Origin: Saccostrea cucullata
Taxonomy: Eukaryota
NCBI RefSeq assembly: GCF_032062105.1
Contig: NW_026938805.1
Coordinates: 310,001-374,000, forward strand
Reading direction: 5' to 3'
Length of the DNA: 64,000 bases
The notes below the pieces were generated by a model. The model did no database searches, was not told the origin of the DNA, and saw nothing but the letters and a program-made list of their open reading frames with translations. Every line of letters begins with the position of its first letter. Position 1 is the first letter of the stretch. The translations under genes and the position numbers were made by a program. This document shows, one piece after another, positions 1-13,779 of the stretch.

Positions 1-65
1 CCTTAACCTATTCAAAGCTCTGAAAAAAAATTCATGCCACTGAAGAAAATGTCTGTAAAGATTAC

Positions 66-3000
66 CTGTGCTGTTTCAAATCCAAACATATCTATGATGC
101 TAATAAACCCATCATATTTCGTTTTCTCATAACCAGATCTAATGGATGAACTTCTTGAAAACACCTGATCTGAGAAAGACACCCCTCCTGGATCAACTGA
201 AAATTAAATACGAAACTAATATTGTAAATCACCCTCTCCTCTCCCTCTGTCACTTCATCATTTCCATTCACAAATACTAAGCATAGCCTACCATGATGAA
301 GATTTGATTCTGTGCTGCCAGACAGTGAAGAGTTGATATTAGGTCGCCTTAAACTGTTGGCTCTTTTTAATATGGCTGCAATAGTTCTACTGTACAATGC
401 TTTTGCTAAAGCATTTCTTGTGGCATTTGCCTGTAATATCAAAATTCATACTTAACTCTATCATGCTTCAAGAAAAAAACTTCAAGAGGTAAAGCTCTTT
501 ACTAATTTTTGGGTGACAGGGTGAAAAACGGAACTAATATTCAGAATACTAAATATGAGTACATACTGTATAGGCATCTGCCAGTGATTTACACAGCTGA
601 CCTCGCGTGTTTCGAGTCCGAGTTGTGAATCCTCTGTAAAGAGCTACCCCAGACACCCCTAGTAATGCTGCCACTGCCTTGATTTCTATCAAATACATAT
701 AAAATAATAAATACATAGTGTTCAGTGCTGTTATATCTTAAAGCTATTTGGAATACTAGGAACAAATATAAATTTAAAAAGTCAAAAGGCTCTCTTTAAA
801 TTGTGATTTCAAGATTGATATCAAAACAGGTATAGGAAAACACGAGTAAAAACTGTATCCTCTTGCAGGTTTTTGCACAAGAAAAAAAAAAATTTCTAAC
901 CATTGTTCCCAATAATATCTAGTTCCATTCCAGTGCCTTCCATAAATTCTATGTTACCCAGCAACAAGATGGCAGAGAAAATCCTCATGACATCAGAGAA
1001 TGGAATCCCAAGTACACCCAAAGAATTCTAAAAATGACAAAATATGAAATTCAAATATTACTAATGTTAACACATACTTTTTTTTAAAATTTTGGTAGAC
1101 ATCTAGATTATTTTTTTCAATACTGACCTTCCATGCATCAAATCGAGACTTTTCCTCCATTTCGTTCCATATATGAGTGTTACCGAGACTGAGGTAGCTA
1201 AGGTTATGCATGGAGTACCCTGTCAGGTGAAGTTTGGCTGCAAAGAATTTACGTTATTTAATGTGTGGTGTTTAGTGGGAATGACAATCAAATGCATATT
1301 ACTTATCAGCTAGCATAAACTGTTTGCTATATTACCATAATACATTTTTGCATTAATTTTTTTTAGTCTTCCATTATTCAGTATTAAACAAACAATATTC
1401 AGTAATGGTTATACAAAAGGCCACTTTTATATTATACATGTACTGGTTTATAAAATTCTTTGTACCTTTTTCTTCAGATCCTAGACCTGCTAACATCTGA
1501 TAGAAAATGTGGTAGTTTCTTTCATTTTGCTGAACTGAACACACCCTGTCCTGTAAAAATAAACAAATCATATAATAAAAATAATAACAATCAAATGATG
1601 AAGTTTTTACTTCATCTGAAATGTGCTGAAGAATATTCATGTATGCAAGAACCAAGATGTTTTTTGGAGAGAACAATCACAGGCATTAATGTCTGCTGTT
1701 CAATCTATTTCACTGATTTGAATTAAATATATTTTAAACCAATATACCCTGTCCAGCAGGTAGGAGTGTATCTTTGTTCTGTAAATGGCTGAATCTGTGA
1801 TGAAGTTCTCGATGAAGAAACCCTAATGGAATGTGCATCAAAATTAAAATAATTGTCATCGAAATGATTGAAATGAAATTCTGTCCAAAAAAGGTCTAGG
1901 ATAAAATAAGCCATATATGTGGTTTATATTCATAGCTAAACTTTGTTACTTGAACAAGATGGAACTAAGGAAAAACTTTGAAATGTTTTGGATTTTAAAA
2001 TATTGATGGTAAATGCTTAGAGAAAAGCTTGGGAGTAAATTACTTCAACAAATCCATGGTGCTTGAAATACAAAAGTTCAGCTATTTATGGAAAAACCAA
2101 TTTTTCCCCAATCAAACAAGATATCTTACTACTCGGCTTGACTCGGAGTTTGTGACTGTGGTGGCTGAACACAGAGATCTGAGGACGGTCAGTGTGGCAG
2201 ACAGGTGCTTGAAGGCGTCCGTCTCGGATCCCCCACCGGCCAGGTCAAACAGCTGACGTAACATGTGCATGGCACAAAATGTCTTACCACTCCCACTCTC
2301 ACCACTGGAAAGATACAGAGGTGGTAAGCTTTTTTTCATTTTAAAAACATTATTAATGCATGAAAATGTTGTGCAATTTTAATTCAGAAGTTAGAAATAT
2401 GATTGCTACATATTTAAATGGGGGATTACAACTTTCAATTTTAAACTAAGTTCACAAAAGGTCAGCATCTTAAAGGTATATTGTTCATTTGTTTGTAAAT
2501 GAAAAAATATTGAAGTCATTCGGGATAATCAATGGACTTTATGCAATCTTACACATACTCAAATGGGTATCTAGTACATTGTATTTCACTTGCTTTTTAA
2601 CAACAGAGAAATTTAATTCTGTAATTTTTTTTTTTTCTTTTTTGATTGTGCAGAAAAATATTAATATATGCATATTGGATGTAATAAAACTTTTAACTTG
2701 TTTGAACCCTTTTTCTTCATAAAAAAAAAGCAATCCAATTTTTTAACCATTAATTTGACAATACTGCATTCCTTAAGGCATCATTAATATCTAAAACTTA
2801 CATCTTTCCTGGGTTTTTTTTTTCATGCTTTGATTCAAGGTATAATAACAACATCAAAAAGGAACCTTCAAACCAAATCCTCACTGTCAAAATCTTCAAT
2901 TTCCTTTTATCAGATTAAGTTTTTTGAAACTATTTATCATAAAATGTTGACATCTTCTTAATTCTGCTTTTAATAAAATCATGAAGTGGTATATGTTGTA

Positions 3001-3758
3001 ATGGCTGTTAAATGAATTGTCGTGTAAAGTGCTTATGTTAAATTTATGGTTCTATATTGGTGTTAATGGAGCAAATCAGCCGACAGAGGTTTGGGGTAAA
3101 AAATCATTTATTATTCCAGCTGCCATAAAAAACAGACTAGAAATCATGGGAGAAAGGCAGAAGAAAAAATGCTAAAGAATTCCAGATAAAAGCAAGCAAC
3201 CTAAAAATAAAATTTGTACAAGGAACTCTTCATCCATATATTGACATAGATACATAAAGCATATTTTCCTTATTTGTCATAGTCCTTGAGAAAGAAAAAA
3301 ATGTTGAGAAAGGCCATTTTTAAAACAATATTTGTTTCCTCTCTACTCAGGTTACAAAATTGGGTCTGTGGGTAGGTGGAAAATTTCAATAGACTAGTTG
3401 ATGGAATTAGTAAGTTCAGGAATAAACAGAGAAAAACAATTCTTGTTTACCAGGTGTTAAGAGGTTTTGAGTTAAGGGCCATTTTTAGCCAATCAGTTGG
3501 GAGAGGGCAAACAAACAATTTCTTAACGACGCCCTAAACGAATTAAATATACATGAACATATATAACCACCAATAATAAGGTCTATAAACATACCTGCAT
3601 ATGATGGCCTGAGAGTGACCAGTGTCTGTGTGCTGAGTAACCGCCTCTCTCACCAGAGCATCCAGTAATGAGGTGGGTCTACTGGACTCCACCAGACAGC
3701 GGGCGGTGGGGCGGTACCGGTAGTTGTTAAGGGACACATTCACCGGCCCTAGCTTACA
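66..3758 (-). CDS. Unconventional myosin, dachs-like, motor-domain exons (partial; continues off the left edge, 5' exons not identified)
   Basis: Spliced exons at about 3595-3758, 2130-2305, 1747-1824, 1466-1550, 1127-1237, 898-1029, 562-686, 289-431 and 66-216. They give P-loop GESGSGKT followed by LRQLFDLAGGGSETDAFKHL, switch I NSESSR, NERNYHIFYQML and switch II IIDMFGFE. The AGGG-x-ETDAFKHL and NSESSR pattern is what I recall for Dachs myosins. Confidence 0.85.
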
Positions 3759-4369
3759 CTGCAGAGAGGCAAATAACTTAAGTCTTAGTGACTATGGAAT
3801 TACTATACAACTAACAGAATGGGGAAAAAAATTGAACTAAACTTTAAAGATTTCCACTGTGAATGCATTTTCAACCAAATAAGTTTCAGTTATATTTAAC
3901 TTGATGATATACAGAACACAAAAGCACCCATACCAAAAATATGATGAACACTTAAAGATGCCTTTGTACAGATTAAAGAACATTTTTCTTTTCATTGTAC
4001 ATTGCAATACATAGGACTGTCGGACATGACTGATGCACAATGCCTCTAGTTTGATGCATCATGTTTTACACCTGATCACATTGTCTAATGTCTCGGTGCA
4101 TACACTGCACAATGAATCTGCTTCATTGAACCTTTTTTTTACAAAAATAAAAAATTGCTGAAACTTTTCTGTCTTAAAAAGAAATGCAATCTTGAAAATT
4201 ACAAAGTAGAAGAAAAGAAAATTATCTAATGGAATCTTTAATACTACCACTGTCTCCTCAGATCCCCAAAACTTTCTGGGAGTTCACACAAACATAAAAA
4301 AAATCATATAAATGGATTGTTCACTGAAGCTTTTCCATCTTCAAAAGAAATGTAAAAGTCATAAGTGGA

Positions 4370-5260
4370 TCAGTCATTATCAGGGAGTAGTCAATGAATG
4401 CTGGGCACCATCCCTCCCCCTGAAAAAAATAAATCCCATATCAGGGAGGAGTCAGTGAAAGCAGGGCACCATCCCTTCCCTGTAAAATGGTAAAGGTGTG
4501 TCAGATCCTCATTATCTGGGAGTAGTCAGTCATTGCTGGGCACCATCCCTCCCCTGTAAAAAGATAAATCCCATTTCAGGGGCTCAGTCATTATCAGGGA
4601 GTAATCAGTCATTGCTGGGCACCATCCCTCCCCTGTAAAGAGATAAATCACATATCAGTCAGTAGTCAGTCATTACTGAGCACTACCCTTCTCTTGTAAA
4701 AACATAAATCCCATATGAAAGAGTGGTCAGGCATTGCTGGGCACCAACACTCCCCAAGTCAGAAAGTTAGTCAATAGCACAATCCCTTCCCTGTAAAAAA
4801 GTGCATCCTAGATCAAGGAGTAGTCAGTAGTTACTTGGCACAATCCCTCCCTTGTAAAATGATAAATCCCCAGATCCAGAAGTAGTCAGTCATTGCTGGG
4901 CACTATCCCTCCCTTGTAACAATGTTAAATTTAGCTTAATACTATATCAAGGAAAAGTAAGTCATTAGGTACAATCCTTCATATGCAATAAGTTAAGAAT
5001 TCAGAGTAATTTTGTATCAGCAAGAAGTCATTCACTGTTACGCACAATACCTCCCCCACCCCACCCCTTAAATGTAACAAAGCCTGAATCAGTCTAATCC
5101 CATTTCAGCCCACTCTCACCTGTACGTTATTAGAATCAGTTTAATCCAAAATCAGTCTATACCCTCCATTGTAATATCATCTTAATCATTCTTATTCCCT
5201 ATCAGCCTACCCTCTCCTGTAGCAAAGTTATATTTAGTCTAATCCCATACTAGCCCATTA
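4370..5260. repeat. Degenerate minisatellites (about 60-bp unit, then about 46-bp unit)
   Basis: Recurrent atcagggagtagtcagtcattgctgggcaccatccctcccctgtaaaa..gataaatccc at 4370-5050, then aatcagtctaatcccat..cagccc-type units at 5085-5260. Confidence 0.8.
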
Positions 5261-7948
5261 TATGTACTTGTTATGAAGTTTTGTCCTTTTTTCTGTCAAA
5301 ACAACATTTTTCTGTCAAAACAACATTTATGTGCTTTAAGATCAAAGTTTGTGATAATTTGTTTGTAGATGATGTGCCCTGTTTGTTATGTATAAGGGTG
5401 TAAGTGAATCAGTTTGAGGGTAAAAGCCCATTTCTAACCAACACTTGCAATTGAAATTGCAGCAAGTTTGCAAGTGTTCCAATCAATGATTAAAAGAAAC
5501 ATAAAGATAATCTTTCAATTTTTAATGATGCAGTGAAATTATGGATAGCTTATAACTAATCATTGTGTTGATTTTTCTTGCAGTGATGTATTTAGACAAA
5601 TATAAAGCTTGAAAAATCTCCTCACACTGAACTTGCGTGCATCAACTAAGCTTAGGGTTGGTATTCACAAATAAGACCAAGCCAAGTGCAGAATTAGCAA
5701 TCCTTTCATAAGACCAAAATAACTTACCAATACATGACACCTAGCAATAAGCATTCTATTGTTAATGGTACAGTAAAAGCATAAAGCATTTCTAGAATTT
5801 CCCCACAAATATATTAGAATATAGTATCTAATACATGATTGTATTGCAACAAAAGTGTCACATTTTGCTCCCTTACAGTAAACTTTTTCATATAGACATA
5901 TATAAAAGTCCATATCACAAGATCACTCTACAGATACAAAGTCATGGATTAAGAATAATGTGAGAATGATGAAAAAGTTGATACAGCTTATGTGACAACA
6001 CAACACTCTAAAACATGGAAGTCTCTAAAAATTGCTCTTTTAAATCTCTTATAACTTTAAAACATATCATAATTCCATTATTTTGTACTGCATCAATAGT
6101 TAACCAACTAGTAATATATAAGTGTGCACTAATAAGTGTAATCAGGAGATGCACATTTTCCTGTAATTTCATGCGCTACCAGGAAAGAATTGAACCATCT
6201 CACTTATGAAGCAGAAGACAGCATTGCAGCATTTTAATTCAATTATTTCATTTTACTTTTTGACAAAATTTGAACAATTTTGAAAGCTGCAACATGACAT
6301 CCAAGATCCCTCATTTTCCCTCTCCCATTAACTAGGAAATGATAATTTTTTGTTAATTCTTACCTGCAAATTATCCTTAAAATCCATGCAAATTTCAGAC
6401 TCAAGGTATCATTACTGCAACATTGTTAACCAAAAAAGCTATTATTTCATTAACAATGAAGGATTATTCATGGAATGCTCAGTGTCTCTAATTCCACCAG
6501 ACATTTACTAACAGAATGCACTGTCGCAAGTCAAAAGCAGAAAGACTTTGTTTAAACCATACCTCACACGTAACTTAAGTCCGTGATATGTAAGAGTAAA
6601 CCACAGCAAAATCAGCTAATTACCACATAAGAGTCCATTTATGATCTAGTGTAAAGACTTTAGTCCGGGATTAGCATACACATTATTACAGCTTACGCGC
6701 TGACTGCAATCTACCTCAAGAGAACCTGTGAGACTTTTAAATCAGACCGTATGCAGCCAAATCACTGATTATTGGCAATCGTACAGGTAGCTTTCAATAT
6801 TCTTTGAAATAAATGAAAAGAAAATATATACTTAAGTGTCAAATAATATTGATATTGTACATTTAATTATTTTGGAAGGAGAAAGGATGAACTTGATAAA
6901 TTACACATTAAAATATTAAAAACACAATCTTTCGACACTTGACTCAATTAAATGATTAACAAGAGCAGAAAGGTTAGAAGGGGGGTTCAATAAATAAAAC
7001 TGAAAAATAATAATTAAAATGTCTCAATTTTTGTGCACTGTGACATTAATTGATATCCCTAATTTTTCTAAAAGCCCTTTTAAGTGGATGTCAGCACAAC
7101 AGTTGTATCATCTAAAGAAGAAAGTGACATATCTGATGAAAATTTGATCCTTTTACGAACCCGAAATATCTCTTATTCAATTCTTTAATAAATTTTGACA
7201 CACCTCTATCAAACAATAATTGTTTAGCTTTAAACATGATTATTTGGGACAAAGGACAATTTCCGCTGACACAGTATCAGTCTATAGAACCTAGCGTAAA
7301 TAACAAAACCCGAGAAAAACTCATCACAATCCACTTTTTATTTACCACTCACAAAAACACAAAGGAATCAGATGGTCTTTGATCTCCAAAAGAAAATTTT
7401 TAATTTCATTCTCACTTTTCTGAGTATTGAATTCTTTATTTGTTGCACTATAGTTCTTAACATTGCCGATGTCATGTTTGAACAGTTTTTGTTAAGGCTT
7501 TAGTGTCAATGAGGCAAAACATGGGAAACATTGGAGTGATCTGTAAAACGTACACAGTCTTGTCACTTGTGGTAGGAAGTCTGACAGATCTGTCTCGTAA
7601 AAACCTCTGTTTACACGCCAGTGGAGGAAAAAAAGCTTGACTGTTGACCCTAGAACCCCCCAAATATAGGGACAGCCATGTAAAGATGCACCTTATTACA
7701 GGCCAACAAACTATATGATCACCAAATTACTTGGAACATAAATTATAGGTTTGGGTCTAGTTAATTAGGCCTGAGAATTTTGATAAATATTTTGTGCAAA
7801 CTAAGGTATATATCTCCTGCATGGTCTCTACACTTTGCTTTATCCTGAACTTTTAAAATGTACCAGAGGGCAATTGAATCACACAAATGTATTGAGTTCT
7901 GACTAATAATTTGAAAATTTTTAAAACATCTGTAAGAGATCATACAAC

Positions 7949-8159
7949 TACTGTATACAGGGAAATTTTCGCCCCCGTTTTATTTTCGCCCCTTTCGCCC
8001 TATGATCTTTTGGGCGAATTTAAAACGGGGCGAATTCAAAGAATACAGTATAATTTCTTAAACAAAACTATGATTGGGCGAATTTAAAACGGGGCAAAAT
8101 TGTTTGCAAGTGTGAGAGGGCGAAAATAAGACGGGGCGAAAATAACCCTGTATACAGTA
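7949..8159. mobile_element. MITE with TA-CTGTA...TACAG-TA ends (probably Tc1/mariner-derived)
   Basis: tactgtatacagggaaattttcgccccc at the left is inverted-complementary to ggggcgaaaataaccctgtatacagta at the right; internal ttcgccc/gggcgaa repeats. Confidence 0.85.
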
Positions 8160-11100
8160 AAAGATTCAATCTTGAAGGCCAATGACATATGATCAATTGG
8201 TTTCAAGCTTGAAAATATTTAATATATATAAAGTATTAGAGCAAATCTAATATTGCATCTTCTGGAAAAAAAATTAAATTAATATAGGATCAAAGTATAT
8301 TTTAGATTTTGTTGAAGATGTTCAAATCTTATGTGAAATAATTTTTTTATTGGTCTTCACTAAATTAAGATTTTTCACATGTTTTTGTAAATGAAATATC
8401 TAAATATCCCAGGAAATGGAGGAATTTAGACAACAAGCTCTGATCATAAGCCTGAGATTTGTTGACATAAGAGTGTTCCACCTAATACAGAAGATTTGTC
8501 AGATTATTCCAACATAAGCAACCAAATCCCCTCTAACTATTCCGTGATAGACATGCCCCTGGTTTGTCAGATCCTATCGCCAGAGGATTCAATACCCCAC
8601 TAGATTTTATAATCATCTTCTTACAATCAATTTTACAAAACTGTTCATGCTTAACTATGAATTGGGATTTTAAAAAAACATGGAACCTCAATACCTACCA
8701 TATTTTGTTTTTAAATCTCGAATTCCGTTTGTATTTAGTTCAATCCTTAAATTTTTACAAAATACCCACGCTTCACAAAAAATCCGAATGAAATCAGAGG
8801 AATAGTTGCTAATACATGTTCATTTAAAAATGCAAACAGTTGGCTGAAATTCTTTTTACTTCTAAAAAACACAAATTTTCGTAATCTTAAATCTCTCACA
8901 ATTCTTTATTGTATGTTTACACAAAAAAGTTCTTTTTGGGCCTAAAAAAATTCCAAACTTTTACGACCCTGAATATTTCATCCTACCTTTGGTTAAGTTC
9001 CAGTAAATAGTGTGAAGTGTTTATATTCCCTGTCACCCAGTCTTACAATGCCCCCCTGTCGACAGCTGTTTATTGATGCTCTACTCCTTTAACTCTTTAC
9101 ATATGATAACATCTCTTTCCCTAATTTACTCACATTGTCATACCCACTCTACTTTCATCTTATGTTTCATGTTCGCATCACCCTCCATTTGCTTTTTAGT
9201 ATTCATATTTTTTACTTATACCCTGAATTTATCTAACAAACATGTTTTTCCATCATTTAAACTTTTTATTTTTTAAATGTACATATTAACTATACACTGT
9301 ATTCTTGAATTAAAAAAAAAAATTCCCCTTTTTTCGCCAAAAAATAATTATTTTTATTGCGAACCTGACTCATTTCATTCCGTAGATTTTTAAAGATTGT
9401 TATGCTCCATTAGTTTTTATATTTGGTTATTTAATTACTGTGAGATTCCACAAATATCTTAATACGTTTCTGATGTTTGTGCTAAGCATTAAATAGTTAC
9501 TTCTTATTGGTTGAAAACACACACATTTTAACACCTTTATGGATTATCAATTTAAATACTTCTTCCAAATATCTTTTGCAAATTTGTATTGAGTACATGT
9601 AATAGAATAATGGAAAATCAACTAAGCTTTCCTTATTTCAACAACTATTTTACACAAGTTTATAAGAATAGCTGCTTTCTTCTTGGGGGGGGGGGGGGGT
9701 TAAATAATATTAAACACACAGGTAATGCCTCAAACAAATGTTATCATTTAAACAAATTAAGTAAAACACAAATTAATTCTTCAACATATTTTTGTTCAAT
9801 CCACTTTCATTCATTCTAAATGTATTATAAAATTATCCACACATGCAGTTTTCAAACTGTCAAGCATGCAAAAAAATCTTAAACAAAAGATAAAATGCAC
9901 GGAAAGTATACTTACAATATTAGCAAATATTACATCCAGAAAATCCACCTGTTACAAATAAATTCCAACTGTACTTTAAAATTACATCACTATGTTTTAA
10001 TCCTTTTAAAATCCCCAATCTGGTCAAGGAAAATAGAACCAATCCATCAATTTCCAAGACCAGAAATTAATTGAATTTAGTTTATCTTCTACCCATAAAG
10101 CTAAGTCAAATATTTCATACAAATATTTCCTATAGTGTATCCTTACAGGGACTTAGAAGCAGATACAGAGTGAATGGCCACATAAGCCGGTATACGCGGG
10201 AATTGTCCCTGCTCATTTGATCGTGACCCAAGTTTATATTAAACAGGCAATCCTCCCAAACAATAGCTTATATCTGATGAACAGGTAATATATGTCACAC
10301 AGATATTTATAGATTTTTTCCATTACTTTTCTTCTTCTTTTTTTTTATTTTTGATTAATGCAATTGACCAATTTTTTCTAAAATAAGAAAGGTAAATTTT
10401 TAGGGTTTGAGTTATAAGCAGGAAGCAATGAATTGTAAATTTTTTTTAACTCCATTTGCATCTTTCCCCTATTTTTGCATTGTTAATTAAAATCTATACA
10501 GAAATCAGTTCATTGTATTCTTAGGCCAGTTCTGCTTTTATCAGTGCTCCATCAGGCCTGACTATCTTGATGCCAGATAAATAATCGTCATACACCCTAT
10601 AGACTCTAAATCTAATCTATCCCCCTCTTACACAAGACAAAACACAACCAGCCCTTTGACTTGCAGAGATTTTTACAAGCGGGTATCAGTGGGTACCCAG
10701 GGTCCGTTTATTTTGGCAAGTTCCAGGTGGCCACCGGTCAAGTGGTTCTATCATGTCTATTGGGAAACAAAGACAGTAAAACCGATTAACGTGTAATATC
10801 AAGTGGAAAATAAAATCTGACCACTCAATACACAAAATAACAAGTTTTAAAGGGGTATAATATAAATATGATCGGGTGGATTTCACACTTTCGCCAACAA
10901 ACAAGGTATATTTGTGTAAACTGAACCACAAATTAAAACTTCACTTTCATTCAGTTTGGAGAACCCTATCATGATTTACTGTTCAACTTAGGATCAGACT
11001 TTCACATCTCATGATATCATGCAATGAAGCCATTGTTAGGTCGTTACTTCTCACAAGAAAATCAGGAAGACATACATGCATTGAAAACAATACCAATGTA

Positions 11101-11885
11101 ATTTAGGACTTGATCTATATTCCTGGACATAAATGCCTAATACAACAGAATTATGAATCATAATTTGTGGTGGATATGATCAAACAACACCTGCACTAAT
11201 ATACAGGTAAATTATTATTAATTCTGGTTGCATAAATGCATTTTTATGTGTTTTTCTTCATGCTTAACTGTTCTTCAAACATTGATACTTAATGTATTTG
11301 CTTTAAATTGGTATCAATACCATAAAAATTTTTTTTCCTAACACAAATTTTGCAAAAAGAGGAGAGATTTGTTTGGTTTCTATTTTGCTTAAATTTATTT
11401 TTTGCAATTTAAATACCCGGTATACATTGCCAAAATTTATTTATTTATTATAAATACACTATCGTTTCACAGTATGCTACATGTGAAAGTTCTGAAGATA
11501 ATCCAGGTACTTCATTATTAAATGTATCAATCAGATACCAGATACAAGTAATGTACTTATAGTTTATAGACAAAGTTAACCACTGCTTCTCTGTCTACTG
11601 TCTACTTATTTAAGAATATTTACAATCAAATGCACTAGCTTGCATGTCACAGACTCAATAGTTCCATTACAAATCATAGAGTTGTCTGTCTTATAGATAT
11701 TATATGTAAAATCATATTTATGCAGCTATTATGAAGTAGCTATAATGTACAAAATGCATTATGTGTTAAAACAGAAAATCTGCTAAGATAAGTATACAAT
11801 CATACATGATTATATTTACATTTTTTATACAATTAAATATGCTTACTGAATGGATATTAGATATACACTCTAACCTATGATTTAA

Positions 11886-12461
11886 TAATCTCCCTTGAGC
11901 ACAATCCAAACTCAGACAAAATATCAATTACCAGCTTAGTGATAATTGCAATAATACAGATTTACAAAAATATGATTAAAGTAGTAGAGTTACAATATAG
12001 TCGCAGTTTATGAAATAATTTATTTTAATTTAAATTTGTAAGAGATTTGAAAGTTCAGGAACAAAGTCTTAAGATAATGACATTAAAGTTACCTTATTTG
12101 CAAATAAAACATTTATTTCATTTTCTCTGAAAAAAATCATATAAAATAATAAAGAGTAAATAGTCCTCTTTCAATGCTGAAATCATTATCTAAAAGGGAT
12201 GATTTAAAGATCTATGAAATAAAAGTTTGGTGTGGCATCCACCTTAAAGATGGAATCTCGACAAAGAAAGATTATTACTGGTACACTTGAAAAGTGTTGG
12301 TAATGCTGAATTTTTGGACAAAAATCATATATGTATGTTACAAGTTTATTGTCAATATCTAAATGTCTGACAATATTACTTTGGAATATATATATTTGCA
12401 ATTATCACTACGCTGGTAATTGATATTTTGTCTTAGTTTGGATTGTGCTCAAGGGAGATTA
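11886..12461. mobile_element. Non-autonomous TIR element with about 66-bp inverted repeats
   Basis: taatctcccttgagcacaatccaaactcagacaaaatatcaattaccagc..agtgataattgcaa (11886-11951) is the near-perfect reverse complement of 12396-12461. Confidence 0.85.
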
Positions 12462-13721
12462 CTCTGGACATAGATCTAAGTACATATTTATGATGAAGAA
12501 AAGTGCCTCTTCCGAAATGGTTAATTTCAGGACCTTGGTAAGAGGTACAGGGGGGGGGGGTTTAAAAAATATGGTCCCAGGGTCAGTGGTTCTTGTGGCT
12601 TGGGGTGCATAACTGGTTATAATTTGGAAATGCATTTTCTCTTTGTTACTCTGATCTGCCCGTAGATGTTTTAAGTCAAACTTAGTTGAAAGTGGTTGAG
12701 CAGTTGCAGAGAAGAAGCTGAAAATGTTTGAATTTTAATACAAGACACACAAAGCGCGACAATGGATGAAAACAGATAGCAATAGGTCTCCCGAGTTTAC
12801 TTCCAGGTGTCATCATAGCATGTAATTTGGAAACATGAGTATTAAATAGAAAAAAACATAAATTTGCTATTATTTTTTTGCAGGAAAGGTACCCAAAATT
12901 TATAAAAGTTTCTTGCGAGTAATTTGCTAGTTATTTTGAATGCAACTCCATGCAATTATTTTCTCCAAAACTGTTTCAGAGTGATTTTGATATTTTCTGC
13001 TATATTGTGGATATATTCTAACTGTGGTTTGGGTCCATCTTGGGACACAATTTATTATTCAAACTGTAATTCTGGTAGGAAAACTGAATTAAAATTTACC
13101 TTGAAGCTTTTGAATATCAGATTTATTCTGTAAGGTGTACTCCTCCATTTTCATGTATAAGCTGTCAGGTCTTTCAAGTTGACCAAAAAGATTCTAATTT
13201 CCTACAGTACATTATCATCCTTTTGATAATTTCTGAGTAAGCCTATATTCTTTAATCTGCAAAAATAAATAAATAAATGAAACATAAGTCTGATAAATCT
13301 AAAACTCTATTTATTCAATAACCAACAAAAAAAAAAAATTTTTTTAACAATGTTTAATAAAAAATATGAAAATTTCATTTAAAAACAGGCTCAAAGACGT
13401 TTTAGAAATAACTATAAACATGAAAATATATGCAATATACTGTGAAAATATGAAAATAAATTTGTTAAGGTCATAATCTCATTACTTTTGAATTAATTCA
13501 AAAAATTATTCTCTGGGCAGGCGACGAAAACGAAGAACTTTTTTCTGTCAATCTCTCACAAGTGACTTTGACAATTAATGCAACAGAGCTAACCTAAAAG
13601 TCAATGAAATTATCTGTACTAAAACTACTATTTTTATCTTCCTCACTCAATGTGATTGACTTGAGTGTCTTTTAAAACGCCTGAGTTAGTGAGTATCCAT
13701 GCACAGTCAAACGACTAAAGT

Positions 13722-13734
13722 AAAAGTGAAAGTA
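13722..13734 (+). promoter_or_regulatory. AAAAGTGAAAGTA motif (IRF/PRDM1-like) about 45 nt upstream of the IVD ATG
   Basis: The same 12-mer recurs at 26182 and, reversed, at 63568, each near a gene start. Confidence 0.55.
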
Positions 13735-13779
13735 GAGGTAGACCAAACCTAGCTTCACAAACTGAAGAGCGCTTTCATA

